In this document: one piece after another, positions 9,528-20,100 of the stretch
How the letters are laid out: every line of letters begins with the position of its first letter
How positions within the stretch are numbered: the first letter of the stretch is position 1
Assembly (NCBI GenBank): GCA_963840035.1
Contig: CAWIXE010000001.1
Location: forward strand, 224,001-288,000
Origin: a candidate division FCPU426 bacterium
Lineage (GTDB): Bacteria > Oederibacteriota > PGYV01 > Palsa-1178
Length of the DNA: 64,000 nucleotides
Reading direction: 5' to 3'
Translations under genes and position numbers: made by a program
Notes under the pieces: generated by a model
Seen by the model: only the letters and a program-made list of their open reading frames with translations
Database searches by the model: none
What the model was told of the DNA's origin: nothing

Positions 9528-10793
9528 TTATGCCTGGTTGGATTTTTTAAAAATTGACGAGAGAAGTTCCTTTGTTTCCATGACCTGCTCTATGGACTTA
9601 AACGGCAGGCCGAAAAGCATCTTTGATGTGATTAAAACCGTCGCCATGTTTATCGCGGCCGCTATGATCTGGAACACTGGCAGCGAGGCTGCTTCGGCGA
9701 ATTTTTTGCCTGAATCCCTGAACCAGTCCAGGTTGTTTTTAAACACGCCGATAAAATTCACCCACGTCTCATGCAGCACGTCCCTGCGCGTTTCCACCGG
9801 CGCTGTTTCGCCTGGTTCAGCTTTTTGCCTGGAGATGACCGCTATGATGGTCGGCGTACCGAAACGCGCGAAGAGGAACCATGTCATGCCCCTTATGCCG
9901 GCCCACAAAAACGCCGAGAGCAGAAGCGTGGCTGCCATGCCGAGCCTTACAGACTCGCCTGTCTGCTGCGCGATCCACGGTGTTAAGGCGTCGACAAGTT
10001 CCCTGTAGAGGAATACCACTTCAAAGAAAAGAACAAACAGCTCCACTAAAACCATCTGTATTATCTGCTCCACCTTTTTGGTTTTCACAGCCTCGATTAA
10101 AACGTAAAGGCAGGCAAAACTCCCGGTGATTAACAGCAGCAGGAAGAGGAAAAGAAACGGTATGATGAGCCCCTGGCTTTCTATGCCGGTAATGTCCGCT
10201 AAAATCTCAGTCACTGTGGGAAGAAGTGTGTATGTGAAGATAGTCGCCTCAAGCACGCACCACACGAGCGTGACAGTGACCGCCACCCACGGCACGCCGC
10301 CCTGCGAATACTTGCGCGCTATCTCACTGGCGCCTTTAAAGGGAAGCGTGATGACGCGAAGCAGCCCTATGGCCACGGCGCCGATGGTAAGCTTTAAAAG
10401 CTCCCAGAGCCAGCCGAAGCACAGGAAGATAAACTTAACCGAACCTGTCCAGAAATTCCAAATGGAAGTGAGTATGTCCCACCACCCCATGGTTATGGTC
10501 AGAAGAAATTTTATCCTGCCGCTCCTGAAAAGTATGGTGTAAACGGATGCCATGGTAACCCAAACCCCGGCAATAATAAGGAGCACGGGCAGGAGCAGGA
10601 CGAGGGCTTTAAGGATGATAAGGGGGATGTTTCCTGACGAGAAGATAAAGTCAAAAAGTATTTTTTGAAGCGATGGTATCCATGCAAGCGGCGCGAGAAG
10701 AACTGAAGGGTCAAAAGATACTGTAAACTTTCCGGCCTGGTCGATTGCGGCTGTAGCTGCCGCGGTTACGGTTGAAGCGGTTAGGTCATTCAT
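9528..10793 (-). CDS. Multi-pass membrane protein of unknown function
   Basis: 421 aa with many TM helices; SD GGGAGG; 11 bp upstream of the vWA lipoprotein gene. Confidence 0.8.
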   Translation of the reverse strand: MNDLTASTVTAAATAAIDQAGKFTVSFDPSVLLAPLAWIPSLQKILFDFIFSSGNIPLIILKALVLLLPVLLIIAGVWVTMASVYTILFRSGRIKFLLTITMGWWDILTSIWNFWTGSVKFIFLCFGWLWELLKLTIGAVAIGLLRVITLPFKGASEIARKYSQGGVPWVAVTVTLVWCVLEATIFTYTLLPTVTEILADITGIESQGLIIPFLFLFLLLLITGSFACLYVLIEAVKTKKVEQIIQMVLVELFVLFFEVVFLYRELVDALTPWIAQQTGESVRLGMAATLLLSAFLWAGIRGMTWFLFARFGTPTIIAVISRQKAEPGETAPVETRRDVLHETWVNFIGVFKNNLDWFRDSGKKFAEAASLPVFQIIAAAINMATVLITSKMLFGLPFKSIEQVMETKELLSSIFKKSNQA

Positions 10794-10990
10794 GACAAGC
10801 CTCCCTTTTTTGAATTAGTCTTTTGTTTCCGGTTATAACTTCCGGTACAAAAACACGAATTCTAAAGGGTCAGTTAAGGGATATTATCGTGAAGGCTGAT
10901 GTGCTGATTGGTCCTTTTTTCGGCTGCTTTGAAGGTTTGTTTTGTCATACCATTTACCCCTTTCAATGGATTTGACTTCTTCTTAACCCC

Positions 10991-11018
10991 ATTATAGCAG
11001 CCGTTTTGCAGATGTCAA
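10991..11018 (-). promoter_or_regulatory. sigma70-type promoter
   Basis: TTGACA-N16-TATAAT with extended TG. Confidence 0.7.
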
Positions 11019-11112
11019 GAAGAAAATTCCACAATATGAAATCTTTGTTCCACGCTATGGTAGTTTTATGTGTGTTGCGCCTTAAGTTGTTTTTAATGGC
11101 TAATCTGGCATC

Positions 11113-11740
11113 TGTAGGGGCGATTCACGAATCGCCCGCCTTTGTGAATGGTTATAATTCAACACAAACACGCCCCAGTTTTTTGTAGAGACAGAGCTTG
11201 CTCTGTCTCAGGGCCGGGTTTTGTGGTTTTAAATCATTCAACGTCTGAGACGCAGCCGTTCGATACGTATATGTCGTGAGTATATTATAGAGTTTTAAAT
11301 CATTCAACGTCTGAGACGCAGGCAAGCTGCGTCTCTACAAAAACATTAAACATAAACACGCCTCAGTTTTTTGTAGAGACAGAGCTTGCTCTGACTCAGG
11401 GCCGGGTTTTGTGGTTTTAAATCATTCAACGTCTGAGACGCAGCCGTTCGATACGTATATGTCGTGAGTATATTATAGAGCTCACGGCATATGCAAGCTG
11501 CGTCTCTACAAAAACATAAACACGCCCCCAGTTTTTTGTAGAGACAGAGCTTGCTCTGTCTCAGGGCCGGGTTTTGTGGTTTTAACTCATTCAGCGTCTG
11601 AGACGCAGCCGTTCGATACGTATATGTCGTGAGTATATTATAGAGCTCACGGCATATGCAAGCTGCGTCTCTACAAATATAAAAACACAACTCATGCCTT
11701 CGTTTTTTTTGTAGAGCCGCCGCTTGCTGCGGCTCAGGGC
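11113..11740. repeat. Three tandem ~160-bp REP-doublet units plus flanking REPs
   Basis: Units begin ~11166, 11355 and 11518. Each is bounded by TGTAGAGACAGAGCTTGCTCTG(T/A)CTC and GCTGCGTCTCTACA. Confidence 0.88.
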
Positions 11741-11763
11741 CGGATTTTGCCGCACGGGTGTTT

Positions 11764-12441
11764 TTATTTAACGCCTTTCAACAACGCCTTATGCGCCTTA
11801 TCGCCCGTGTAATGTTTTATCTGCTCTTCCAGCGATTCATGGGCGGCGTTTCCGACTTTGCCTGAGACGCATTTGAGTCCCGCCGTGCCCTGTGAAAGGT
11901 ATTTGGAGTTGTGTCCGTTTATTGTCGTTACAAAGGTCTTATCCCCGTGCCTCATGCATTCAAAAGGCCAGGAAAAACATGTGGAGGGTTTGTAGTGGGT
12001 CCTTTTGAGTTTGTGCTTCTTCGCCAGCAAATCCAGCACGCACAGTATGACGCCGCCTTCTATGACGGAAAGCGCGCATGTGTTGTTCTTCCTGTGGCGC
12101 AGGTAGTGGCTGCCGTCGCGGTTGCGCTCGTAGAGCTTTTCCTTTAAAACCCACGGATATTTTTCTCCGCATTCTTTTTTGCCGATCTTCAGCAGTTTGT
12201 GTATCCTTTTCTCTTCCTCTTTTGTCAGGTCCACGCTGTAGTCGGTGCAGCACGAGCCGTGGTAAATACCCTTCTTTTTCTTCAGACAGACGCGGGGGTC
12301 GCAGGTGTAACCGGTATCAAGCAGTGCCTTGGTATCAAATAAAAACCCGCCGTGCTCGAGGATCTTGTTCTCTTTTTTCAGCTTGTTTACGTAGACCTTA
12401 AATTTCCTTTTATTGACCGGGTCGTGGATTATGGTTTTCAT
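11764..12441 (-). CDS. Cys-rich DUF3109/YkgJ-like protein
   Basis: C...C...GSCC...CAL...CVL...KPSTCFSWP cysteine pattern. Confidence 0.65.
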   Translation of the reverse strand: MKTIIHDPVNKRKFKVYVNKLKKENKILEHGGFLFDTKALLDTGYTCDPRVCLKKKKGIYHGSCCTDYSVDLTKEEEKRIHKLLKIGKKECGEKYPWVLKEKLYERNRDGSHYLRHRKNNTCALSVIEGGVILCVLDLLAKKHKLKRTHYKPSTCFSWPFECMRHGDKTFVTTINGHNSKYLSQGTAGLKCVSGKVGNAAHESLEEQIKHYTGDKAHKALLKGVK

Positions 12442-12447
12442 TTTTTG

Positions 12448-12640
12448 TTGTAGAGACGCACTGCGTGCGTCTCGCTCTTTTCTTTTGTTTTTGAACGCGG
12501 GGTATTATATAAGGTAGCAGATGTATTTACAAGCCAAATCCACCTCGCCCGCAGGGGATGCATATATGCATCCCGCAAGGCCGGGTTTGCCTCTGTTGTT
12601 ACAGCCCGCGTCCGGAACGCATATATGCGTCCCCTACGAA
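12448..12640. repeat. REP variants
   Basis: TGTAGAGACGCACTGCGTGCGTCTC; GGATGCATATATGCATCC ... GCATATATGCGTCCCCTACG. Confidence 0.7.
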
Positions 12641-12657
12641 TCCGTGGACGTAATTTT

Positions 12658-13218
12658 TTACTTCTTCTTCTCCGGGGCCACGGCCGCTTCCACGACTGTT
12701 TTCAGGCTTCCGAGCCTTGCTTCCTGCTCGTCTCCCATCATCTTGTCCATGTTCATCAATACCTGGAATACCTTTGTCATGTAGGAACTCGGGCCGTAAT
12801 TGGCCCATGTGACCTTTGTTTTATTGCCTTCGGCATTAAGGATGAACTCGGAGGTGAACTCAGACTTCATGGGCGCGGTGAATGCAAGCTTCATCTTTAC
12901 CAGCTCATTTGGCTTTGCCTCAGTGATTTCCCTGCTTCCCTGCCCGAGATTTTTGCCCGACCAGGTGCATAAAGCGCCCACGCCCTTTGCCGGTCCGCTG
13001 TAGGTGATCTTAGTATCTGGTTTGTCCTTGTCAAAAAAAGGCGACCACGTCTCCCATAAACGGAAATCCTCTATGAACTGGTAAACCTTAGCAGCCGGCG
13101 CGCCGATGGTGACGGAACGCTCTATCCTGAAAGAATCCGGCTTTGTGGAAGCGTAGAACATCAATCCGGCAACAGCCAAAACAATTAACGCAAGTACGGA
13201 AAGCAGAAACTTTTTCAT
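12658..13218 (-). CDS. SRPBCC (polyketide cyclase-like) protein with N-terminal anchor
   Basis: FRIERSVTIGAPAAKVY...W.TWSPF...YSGPAKGVGA..TWSG. Confidence 0.85.
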   Translation of the reverse strand: MKKFLLSVLALIVLAVAGLMFYASTKPDSFRIERSVTIGAPAAKVYQFIEDFRLWETWSPFFDKDKPDTKITYSGPAKGVGALCTWSGKNLGQGSREITEAKPNELVKMKLAFTAPMKSEFTSEFILNAEGNKTKVTWANYGPSSYMTKVFQVLMNMDKMMGDEQEARLGSLKTVVEAAVAPEKKK

Positions 13219-13392
13219 AATACCCCCAATTTTTACCGCTTTAATGCGGCGTGATAATCATAAAGTTCCAGGTCAAAGACGGTAGTATAGATATACGTGT
13301 GGGAAACGGGTTTGTCAAGGAAGGCCAATCCCGCCATTTGGATTTGTCCATATATTACAATCCGCATCCGGAGCGCGTACAACCTGTTGTTT

Positions 13393-13474
13393 TTGTAGAG
13401 ACGCAGTTTGCTGCGTCTCAAACGCAGGGTTTAGATTCCGGAAAAAACGAGACACAGCAAGCTGTGTCTCTACA
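13393..13474. repeat. REP doublet
   Basis: TGTAGAGACGCAGTTTGCTGCGTCTC ... GAGACACAGCAAGCTGTGTCTCTACA. Confidence 0.8.
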
Positions 13475-13561
13475 AAATCGAAAAATCTTGCGCGCGCCGA
13501 ATATGGTTTTAATGCCTGTGGCTTATAACTGCATACGGACAGCGCGGGAGCGCTGTCCCTA

Positions 13562-14005
13562 CTAACAACCCCGGGGAACTTCCTCGGCTATTTTTTTCAT
13601 CGCGTGCATCATCATATCCCAGCCGTCCTGCGAGTGTTTTCTTTCTTCCTCGTTTGCGTTATTGTCCTGCTCCAGGGTGAAGTCGGTTTCAGTGCCCGCT
13701 GCTATAAGCGTCATGGTTATGGTGTGGTAGTTTTCGGGTTTGTCTGCCAGGCCTGAGAGCGGGCTGAAGTGTGTGTAAACAATTTTGCGTCCCGGGTCAA
13801 CTTCCAGAACTGTCCCCTTATCCTCATAAGGCGCGCCCTTCCACATGCCTTTGATGGAAAGCGGGCTTCCCGGTTTCCAGTCGCACGTAACATCCGCGCC
13901 GTACATGTACTTTTTGATAAGGACCGGGTCGGTAAGAGCTTTCCACACATTGGACTCGGGTGCCTCGATGTGGAGTGAAACCACTGCGGTTAAACCTTTT
14001 GCCAT
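13562..14005 (-). CDS. SRPBCC / AHSA1-like domain protein
   Basis: IEAPESNVWKALTDP...DWKPGS...GTVLEVDPGRKIVYT...GW. Confidence 0.88.
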   Translation of the reverse strand: MAKGLTAVVSLHIEAPESNVWKALTDPVLIKKYMYGADVTCDWKPGSPLSIKGMWKGAPYEDKGTVLEVDPGRKIVYTHFSPLSGLADKPENYHTITMTLIAAGTETDFTLEQDNNANEEERKHSQDGWDMMMHAMKKIAEEVPRGC

Positions 14006-14139
14006 GATACCCCCTCCTGTTCAATAATTACTAATTACCAATTACTAATGACTAATTATGGTCTGTTCTCGTCATTTCATTCCTCGAACTATTATAATAA
14101 AACGTGCAACAGCACACCATCATTAGTAATTAGTAATTA

Positions 14140-14883
14140 TTAATTATTACCTGTTTTTTGAACCACCTTTGCTTCCACAGCCTGCGGCCTTATGATGGTC
14201 ATTACGTTTTTTGGCCTCGGGTTTCCGTTGTCCGGGTATGTCAGGTACATTATGTGCAGGTGCGTGGGCGACCTTTTGGCGTAGGCGTTTTTTCCCGTCC
14301 TGCCGACCGTGCCTATGGGGTCGCCCCTTTTTATCATCTGGCCGACCTTTACAAATACAAAATCCATGTGCGCGTAATAAAAGAGCCCCTTTGTCACAGG
14401 GTCGTATATCCACACGTAATTCCCGCCTTTATATTTGCTCGTGGGCTGCCAGGAGGTAAACATGGATACCACTATGCCGGGCCCTACCGAAAGGATCCTC
14501 ACCGGGTTTATGGTCTTATCGTCGTAGCAGTCCTTGTTGTTATCCCTTATGAATATGTCAAGCGCCGGGTGGTCCGAGTGTTTGTTCATGTCGTAAAAAT
14601 TATATCCCCTGGGCTCATACCCTTTCAAGGCCGCGTCATCCACGCTGTAGCCTTCCACGGGGAATTTTCCCGTGTAAGGCGCGATTATGCCGCCGTTGTC
14701 GGTAAAGTATTTGTCAAGCAAAGGCCGCAGGTTCTTTATCCTGTCCTTTGCCGTGGGTATGTCGATATCAGAGTCGCGGATGGCCACTTCCGTGTCATGC
14801 CACTGCTGGGGGATGGTGATGCAGAAGGCCGCGGAGGCTGTTAACAACAACGCTGTTATTATTATGATCGTTTTTTTGCCCAT
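14140..14883 (-). CDS. Secreted M23-family metallopeptidase
   Basis: HPALD (HxxxD), YYAHMD, PTHLH (HxH). True start is probably ATG 14883 (MGKKTIII signal peptide); the ORF-track extension crosses a REP doublet at ~14915-14995. Confidence 0.88.
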   Translation of the reverse strand: MGKKTIIIITALLLTASAAFCITIPQQWHDTEVAIRDSDIDIPTAKDRIKNLRPLLDKYFTDNGGIIAPYTGKFPVEGYSVDDAALKGYEPRGYNFYDMNKHSDHPALDIFIRDNNKDCYDDKTINPVRILSVGPGIVVSMFTSWQPTSKYKGGNYVWIYDPVTKGLFYYAHMDFVFVKVGQMIKRGDPIGTVGRTGKNAYAKRSPTHLHIMYLTYPDNGNPRPKNVMTIIRPQAVEAKVVQKTGNN

Positions 14884-15123
14884 CAAAATCCATCCTTTTT
14901 TATCATTTGCATTTCGTAGAGAGGGGGCTTGCCCCCTCTCAGACGCAGGCCTTAAAACAATCCTCGTTTGAGAGCCAGCAAGCCGGCTCTCTACAACTTC
15001 CTGCCTTACGCAACCTGAAGATGCCATTGCTCAATTAGTTAACAAATATTAAATAAGGATCAATCCTTCTCATCTTGTCGTGTTACACACGACCAGGTTG
15101 CGGCTACCAATACTCAATATATA

Positions 15124-17013
15124 TTATTCTTTTTCTTTCTTCAAAACCACCACGCTTAAAGGAGGCAACGTCAGGCTTGCCTGATACTGGTACCCGTGCG
15201 AGGGCTGCATGTACGCTTTTACTCCCCCGTAATTTCCCATGCCGCTTCCGCCGTAAATCTCCGCGTCTGAATTCAGCATTTCCTTCCAGGTACCTTCGCT
15301 TGGCAGGCCTATGTAGTAATTATACCTTGGCACCGGGGTGAAGTTGCATATTACGGCGATTGACTCTTTAGGGTCAGAGCAGTTCCTCATGAACGCAAGT
15401 GTCGAGCCGTCTATGTCGCTGCAGTCTATCCACTCAAAACCGCGGTAGTCAAAATCATTTTCATAAAGCGCTTTTTCCGTTTTATAAAGCGCGTTTAGGT
15501 CAGATACCCATTTTTTCACGCCGGCATGGAGCGGGTACTGCAGCAAATCCCACTCTACGGAGTTGTTGAAATTCCACTCCCTGCCCTGGCCTATCTCGCA
15601 GCCCATGAAGATGAGCTTTTTGCCCGGGTGGCCGTACATGAAACCGAAAAGGAGCCTTAAGTTCGCGAACTTCTGCCACTCGTCGCCGGGCATTTTATTT
15701 AAAAGCGACCCTTTGCCGTGCACCACTTCGTCATGCGAATAAGGCAGCATGAAATTTTCGCTGAAAGCGTATAAAAGCCCGAAGGTGAGCTTGTTGTGGT
15801 TATACTTGCGGTATATGGGGTCCTGTGACGCGTAATCCAGAGAGTCGTGCATCCACCCCATGTTCCACTTCATGCCAAAGCCCAGCCCGCCCATGTAAAT
15901 GGGCTTGGAGACCATGGGCCACGATGTTGACTCCTCGGCTATTGTCTGCACTCCCGGGAATTCCTTATATACCATCTCATTGAACCTTTTTAAGAAATTT
16001 ATCGCCTCTATGTTTTCCCTGCCGCCGTATTCATTTGGTATCCACTCGCCCGCTTTCCTGGAATAGTCCAGGTAAAGCATGGAAGCCACGGCGTCCACGC
16101 GCAACCCGTCGGCGTGGTATTTGTCCAGCCAGAAAAAGGCGTTTGAGATGAGGAAGTTCCTCACCTCGTTGCGGCCAAAGTTGAAGATGGAGCTCTTCCA
16201 GTCCGGGTGGAAGCCCTGGCGCTTGTCCTCGTGCTCGTATAAATGCGTGCCGTCAAAATATCCCAGTCCGTACTCGTCAGTGGGAAAGTGCGAAGGCACC
16301 CAGTCTAATATGACGCCTATGCCGTTTTGGTGCATGTAATCCACAAAGTACATGAAGTCCTGCGGCGTGCCAAAGCGCGAAGTGGGCGCGAAGTAGCCGC
16401 CTGTCTGGTAGCCCCACGAGCCGTAAAAAGGGTGCTCCATGATGGGCATGAGCTCCACGTGGGTAAATCCCGTCTCCTTTATATAAGCGGCCAGTTCGTG
16501 AGCCAGTTCCCTGTAGTTTAAGGACTCTATGCCGTGTTTCTTCCACGACCCGGCGTGCACTTCATAAACGGAAAAAGGCTTATTTAACGCGTTGGATTCC
16601 TGCCGCGTGGCCATCCAGCCCGCGTCGTCCCACTTATAATCCAGGGGCCACGCCACGGAAGCGGTCTTGGGCGCGATCTCCCAAGAAGTACCGAAGGGGT
16701 CGCCCTTTTCCACCTTGTACATGTTGAACTTCGAGCTTATGAAAAATTTATATAATGTCCCTTTTTTTAACCCCGGTATAAACCCTTCCCATATGCCTGA
16801 GCCGTCCAGCCGCAGGTTAAGGGGGTTCTTGGAATTGTCCCAGTTATTAAAAGTGCCGATGACAGCCACATACTCCGCGTTAGGCGCCCAGACTGCGAAC
16901 TGTATGCCCTCGGGTAAAATCTGCGCTCCCATTTTCTCGTATAATTTGAAATGATTGCCCTGTTTGAAAAGGAATATGTCGCCTTCGGTAAGTAAACTGC
17001 GGTTTTCGGACAT
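15124..17013 (-). CDS. glgB: 1,4-alpha-glucan branching enzyme (GH13)
   Basis: [63 protein letters not shown]. Confidence 0.97.
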   Translation of the reverse strand: MSENRSLLTEGDIFLFKQGNHFKLYEKMGAQILPEGIQFAVWAPNAEYVAVIGTFNNWDNSKNPLNLRLDGSGIWEGFIPGLKKGTLYKFFISSKFNMYKVEKGDPFGTSWEIAPKTASVAWPLDYKWDDAGWMATRQESNALNKPFSVYEVHAGSWKKHGIESLNYRELAHELAAYIKETGFTHVELMPIMEHPFYGSWGYQTGGYFAPTSRFGTPQDFMYFVDYMHQNGIGVILDWVPSHFPTDEYGLGYFDGTHLYEHEDKRQGFHPDWKSSIFNFGRNEVRNFLISNAFFWLDKYHADGLRVDAVASMLYLDYSRKAGEWIPNEYGGRENIEAINFLKRFNEMVYKEFPGVQTIAEESTSWPMVSKPIYMGGLGFGMKWNMGWMHDSLDYASQDPIYRKYNHNKLTFGLLYAFSENFMLPYSHDEVVHGKGSLLNKMPGDEWQKFANLRLLFGFMYGHPGKKLIFMGCEIGQGREWNFNNSVEWDLLQYPLHAGVKKWVSDLNALYKTEKALYENDFDYRGFEWIDCSDIDGSTLAFMRNCSDPKESIAVICNFTPVPRYNYYIGLPSEGTWKEMLNSDAEIYGGSGMGNYGGVKAYMQPSHGYQYQASLTLPPLSVVVLKKEKE

Positions 17014-17050
17014 GTGAACCTCGTTTTATTATTTTTAAAAACAGTGCATT

Positions 17051-17139
17051 TTCTTAACCCTTATCCTTATCACTTATCCTCAGCCTTTAGACCTTAAGTC
17101 TAAGAGCTAAGGATAAGAATTAAGGGTAATGGTTAAGAA
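17051..17139. repeat. Hexamer-built (CTTAAC/CTTATC ... GATAAG/GTTAAG) hairpin element, single copy
   Basis: Same family as 21654-21774, 23558-23710, 30828-30929, 53701-54456 and 54882-55069. Confidence 0.85.
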
Positions 17140-17145
17140 GCCCCT

Positions 17146-20100
17146 TTACTTCATAACCACAACCGGTTCTGTCACACCATATTTTACAACACCTTGCAGT
17201 GTGATTTCCATCCTTATTATATACATTCCCGATGCGAGCCCCTTTAAGTCTGCCGTATATGCGTTTGAGGCTGTGATGCTGCTTTCAAACTTCCTTACAA
17301 GCCTTAAAGCCGGCGTGTATATCCTTATTATTGCCTTATCCCCCTGTGAGCCCTGCTTTACGGATATGTTGAGCGTGCCTTTTGCCGGATTTGGGTATAT
17401 GACAAACAGGTCTTTTTGCCTGTATGAAAGCATGGGCGTTGACGTGGCTGTCGCGGTATTGCCCGGTGTCGATGTTTTCGTCGCCGTGGACGTGGGTGTC
17501 GCGGTTTTCGTGTGGGTGGCAGTGCATGTTTTCGTGGCTGTGGAAGTTTCCGTCAGCGTTGGAGTGTCAGTGGCAGTATAAGTGCGCGTGGCTGTATCAG
17601 TTATCACCGGGGTATTTGCCGGCGTTTGGGTCAGGGTAAATGTCCCTGTCGCGGACAATGTGGCCGTGGCCGTGGCTGAGGCAGTGTCAGTGGCTGTAAC
17701 AGCGGGAGTGCCCGTTGCCGTGGATGTGGCTGTGGGCGTGGGCGAGGAAGTATTTGTGGCTGTAATTGTCGGGGTCCGGGAAGCGGTCCCTGTGGCGCTT
17801 GATGTCGCCGTAACAGTGGCGCTTAATGTCACGGTATATGTCTCCGTTACTGTCATGGTCATGCTCTGCGTGGATGAGACCGTAACTGTCAGGGTTTCCG
17901 TGCAGGTGGCCGTGGCTGTACCTGATGGAGCCTGTGTCGCGGTATCAGTGGCTGTGCCCGTGCATGTCACCGTGCCGGAAACCGTCGCTGTGGCCGTGAG
18001 CGTCGGCGTCTGCGTCGGACTCGACGCGGGTGTCAGCGTCGCGGTCGCCGTAAAAGTGGGGGTGGATGTTTTGGAGTAAACAGGCGTCACGGTCGCCGTG
18101 GGTCCTCCGTAAAAATATATTTCGTCCAGGTACCACTGGTTCCCCGTGTTATTTGACGCTGCGCCTGATATCTCCATCACTGCCCATATTATTTTTTCCA
18201 GGTGCTGCGCAACGCTTGAAATAAGCGTTGTCTGCCCATCTCCCCAGCCGGGATTTGTGAACGAACCCCACGGTATGGTGACCTGTGTCCACGCCGCGTT
18301 CGGCGTCCAGTCATAATACCAGTATGAAAAATCCGTAATGTTCGAGGACTGGAGCATGATCCTGAAGCTCACCGGAGTGCCCGCGCCCTTGGTACCCTTC
18401 ATGAAAAGTTTTAAGCCGGAGTAGGCGCTTACGTCCTGCTCAGTGGCTCCTCCGTTTAAATCCGTAAAAGCCTGTATGGAGGAGTATCCGGCCGTTGACG
18501 TGACATTGCCCGACAGATACCCCGCGTAATTTGTAGAGTTCGCGCCGCCCGGCGAGGATATGAATGAACCCGTGTTCACGCCGCCGTCATAGAAATACCA
18601 CCTGCCGCCGGGCGAATTATATGTTATCTCATCGTCCTCAAAATCATCTATGAGCAGCCCTGACAGGGCCGCGGTCGCAGCCGGGGTAAAGGTGGAAGTC
18701 ACTGTGCGCGTGAGCGTGGCAGCGGCTGTAACGGTATCTGTCACCGCCGGGGTTTCCGTGGCGCTGTAAACCGGGGTCTTCGTGGCAGTGGCTGTTTTTG
18801 TGGGGCTGGCCGACGCGGTCGGGCTTATGGTGGGTGTTTCCGTAATGGTCCATGACTGCGTGGCCGTGGCAATGACGGTCAGCGTTTTTGTTATGGTGAA
18901 AGTTTTTGTCACTGTCGGGGTCATGGGGTCGTATGACTTTACTTCTATGGCGTTAATCAGCGGAACGCCGGCCGGCCCGTATGCCAGGCTGATGTTGAGG
19001 ATGCCGTCGTTAACATCCGCGTAATATGTCCTGTCCACGTACTTAAGCGGCCCTCCGGCAGCCGATATAATATCAAAATTAGTTGCCACAAGCGCGCCTT
19101 CAACGGTCATGTTAAAGAGCCTCTGCCCGGGCAGGGTGTTTTCGTTGTCCGAAAAACGCAGCCTGACATTGTATTTGCCCGCGGGCAGTTGTATCCTGTA
19201 TTCCAGGTTGCCATAGCATACGGAGTTAAACAGGGTGTCATCCAGTGTGTTTGTCACATCGCCCGGCCTGGCTGCCATGGCCCCCATGTATATTCCCCAG
19301 GTATTCGCGCCGAAGTAATACCGGTCCGCCTGCCACGCGTCGCCGTTTGTGTCAGTGTACAGGGCGCCGCCGCAGTTTATCCTCACGGGCGCAATCGGCG
19401 TGGGCGTGATGGTGGGTATGGGAGTGAGCGTGTGCGTCGCGGTAAAACTCGGCGTGCACGCCAGCGGATAGCACCCGTCAGTGGGCGAGGCTGTCGGCGT
19501 CTCATAAGGCACGTCCGCCGTGATGGCCGCGGCCAGCACAAAACAAAATGCGGCCTGCCAGTTTATGGCTATCTCGTTCACGAAAAAATTATTCACGTTA
19601 TCCTGCCAGCACTTGGCCGGCGCGCCCACGTTATAGTCAAACTGATTGGCTCCGCCGGCTATGAGTCCGGGCCACGGGTTTGTGATGCCGTCGGCGAGAG
19701 ACTGCCTGTGGTGCGGGTTCATGAATGCCCTGTCCCCCTCGGCCGTGACATAGCTTGTGTTGAAAGGGTTCCTTCCGAGCATGTAGTGCACCATTTCAAG
19801 GGCGCCCTGCTTATACGCGGCGTTGCCCGTCATCTCATAGGCGGCCAGAAGTTTTATGCCGCTGTTTAAACCCGCGGCATTTGACCCCCAGATGTAATCC
19901 CCGGGCAAAAGCGTGTACTTATATCCTGACGCGGACAACCTGGCTAAAAGCGTGTTCGCGCTGTTCGTGAATGATGTTTTTATGGCCGCGGCAGCGGCCG
20001 CGTTCTTTGAGGGCTGTGAAGAAAGAGCGTAGGACCACAGCGCTATGTCCTGCAGGTTCTGCCAGTCCCCGCCTAAAAGCGGATCGGCCTTGAATGTGTA

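Noticed and set aside
11346..11690. 114-aa ORF with internal duplication
   Set aside because: Lies wholly within the tandem REP units; no RBS or protein-like features.
14884..15027. N-terminal extension of the M23 peptidase
   Set aside because: Crosses a REP doublet; the signal peptide begins at 14883.
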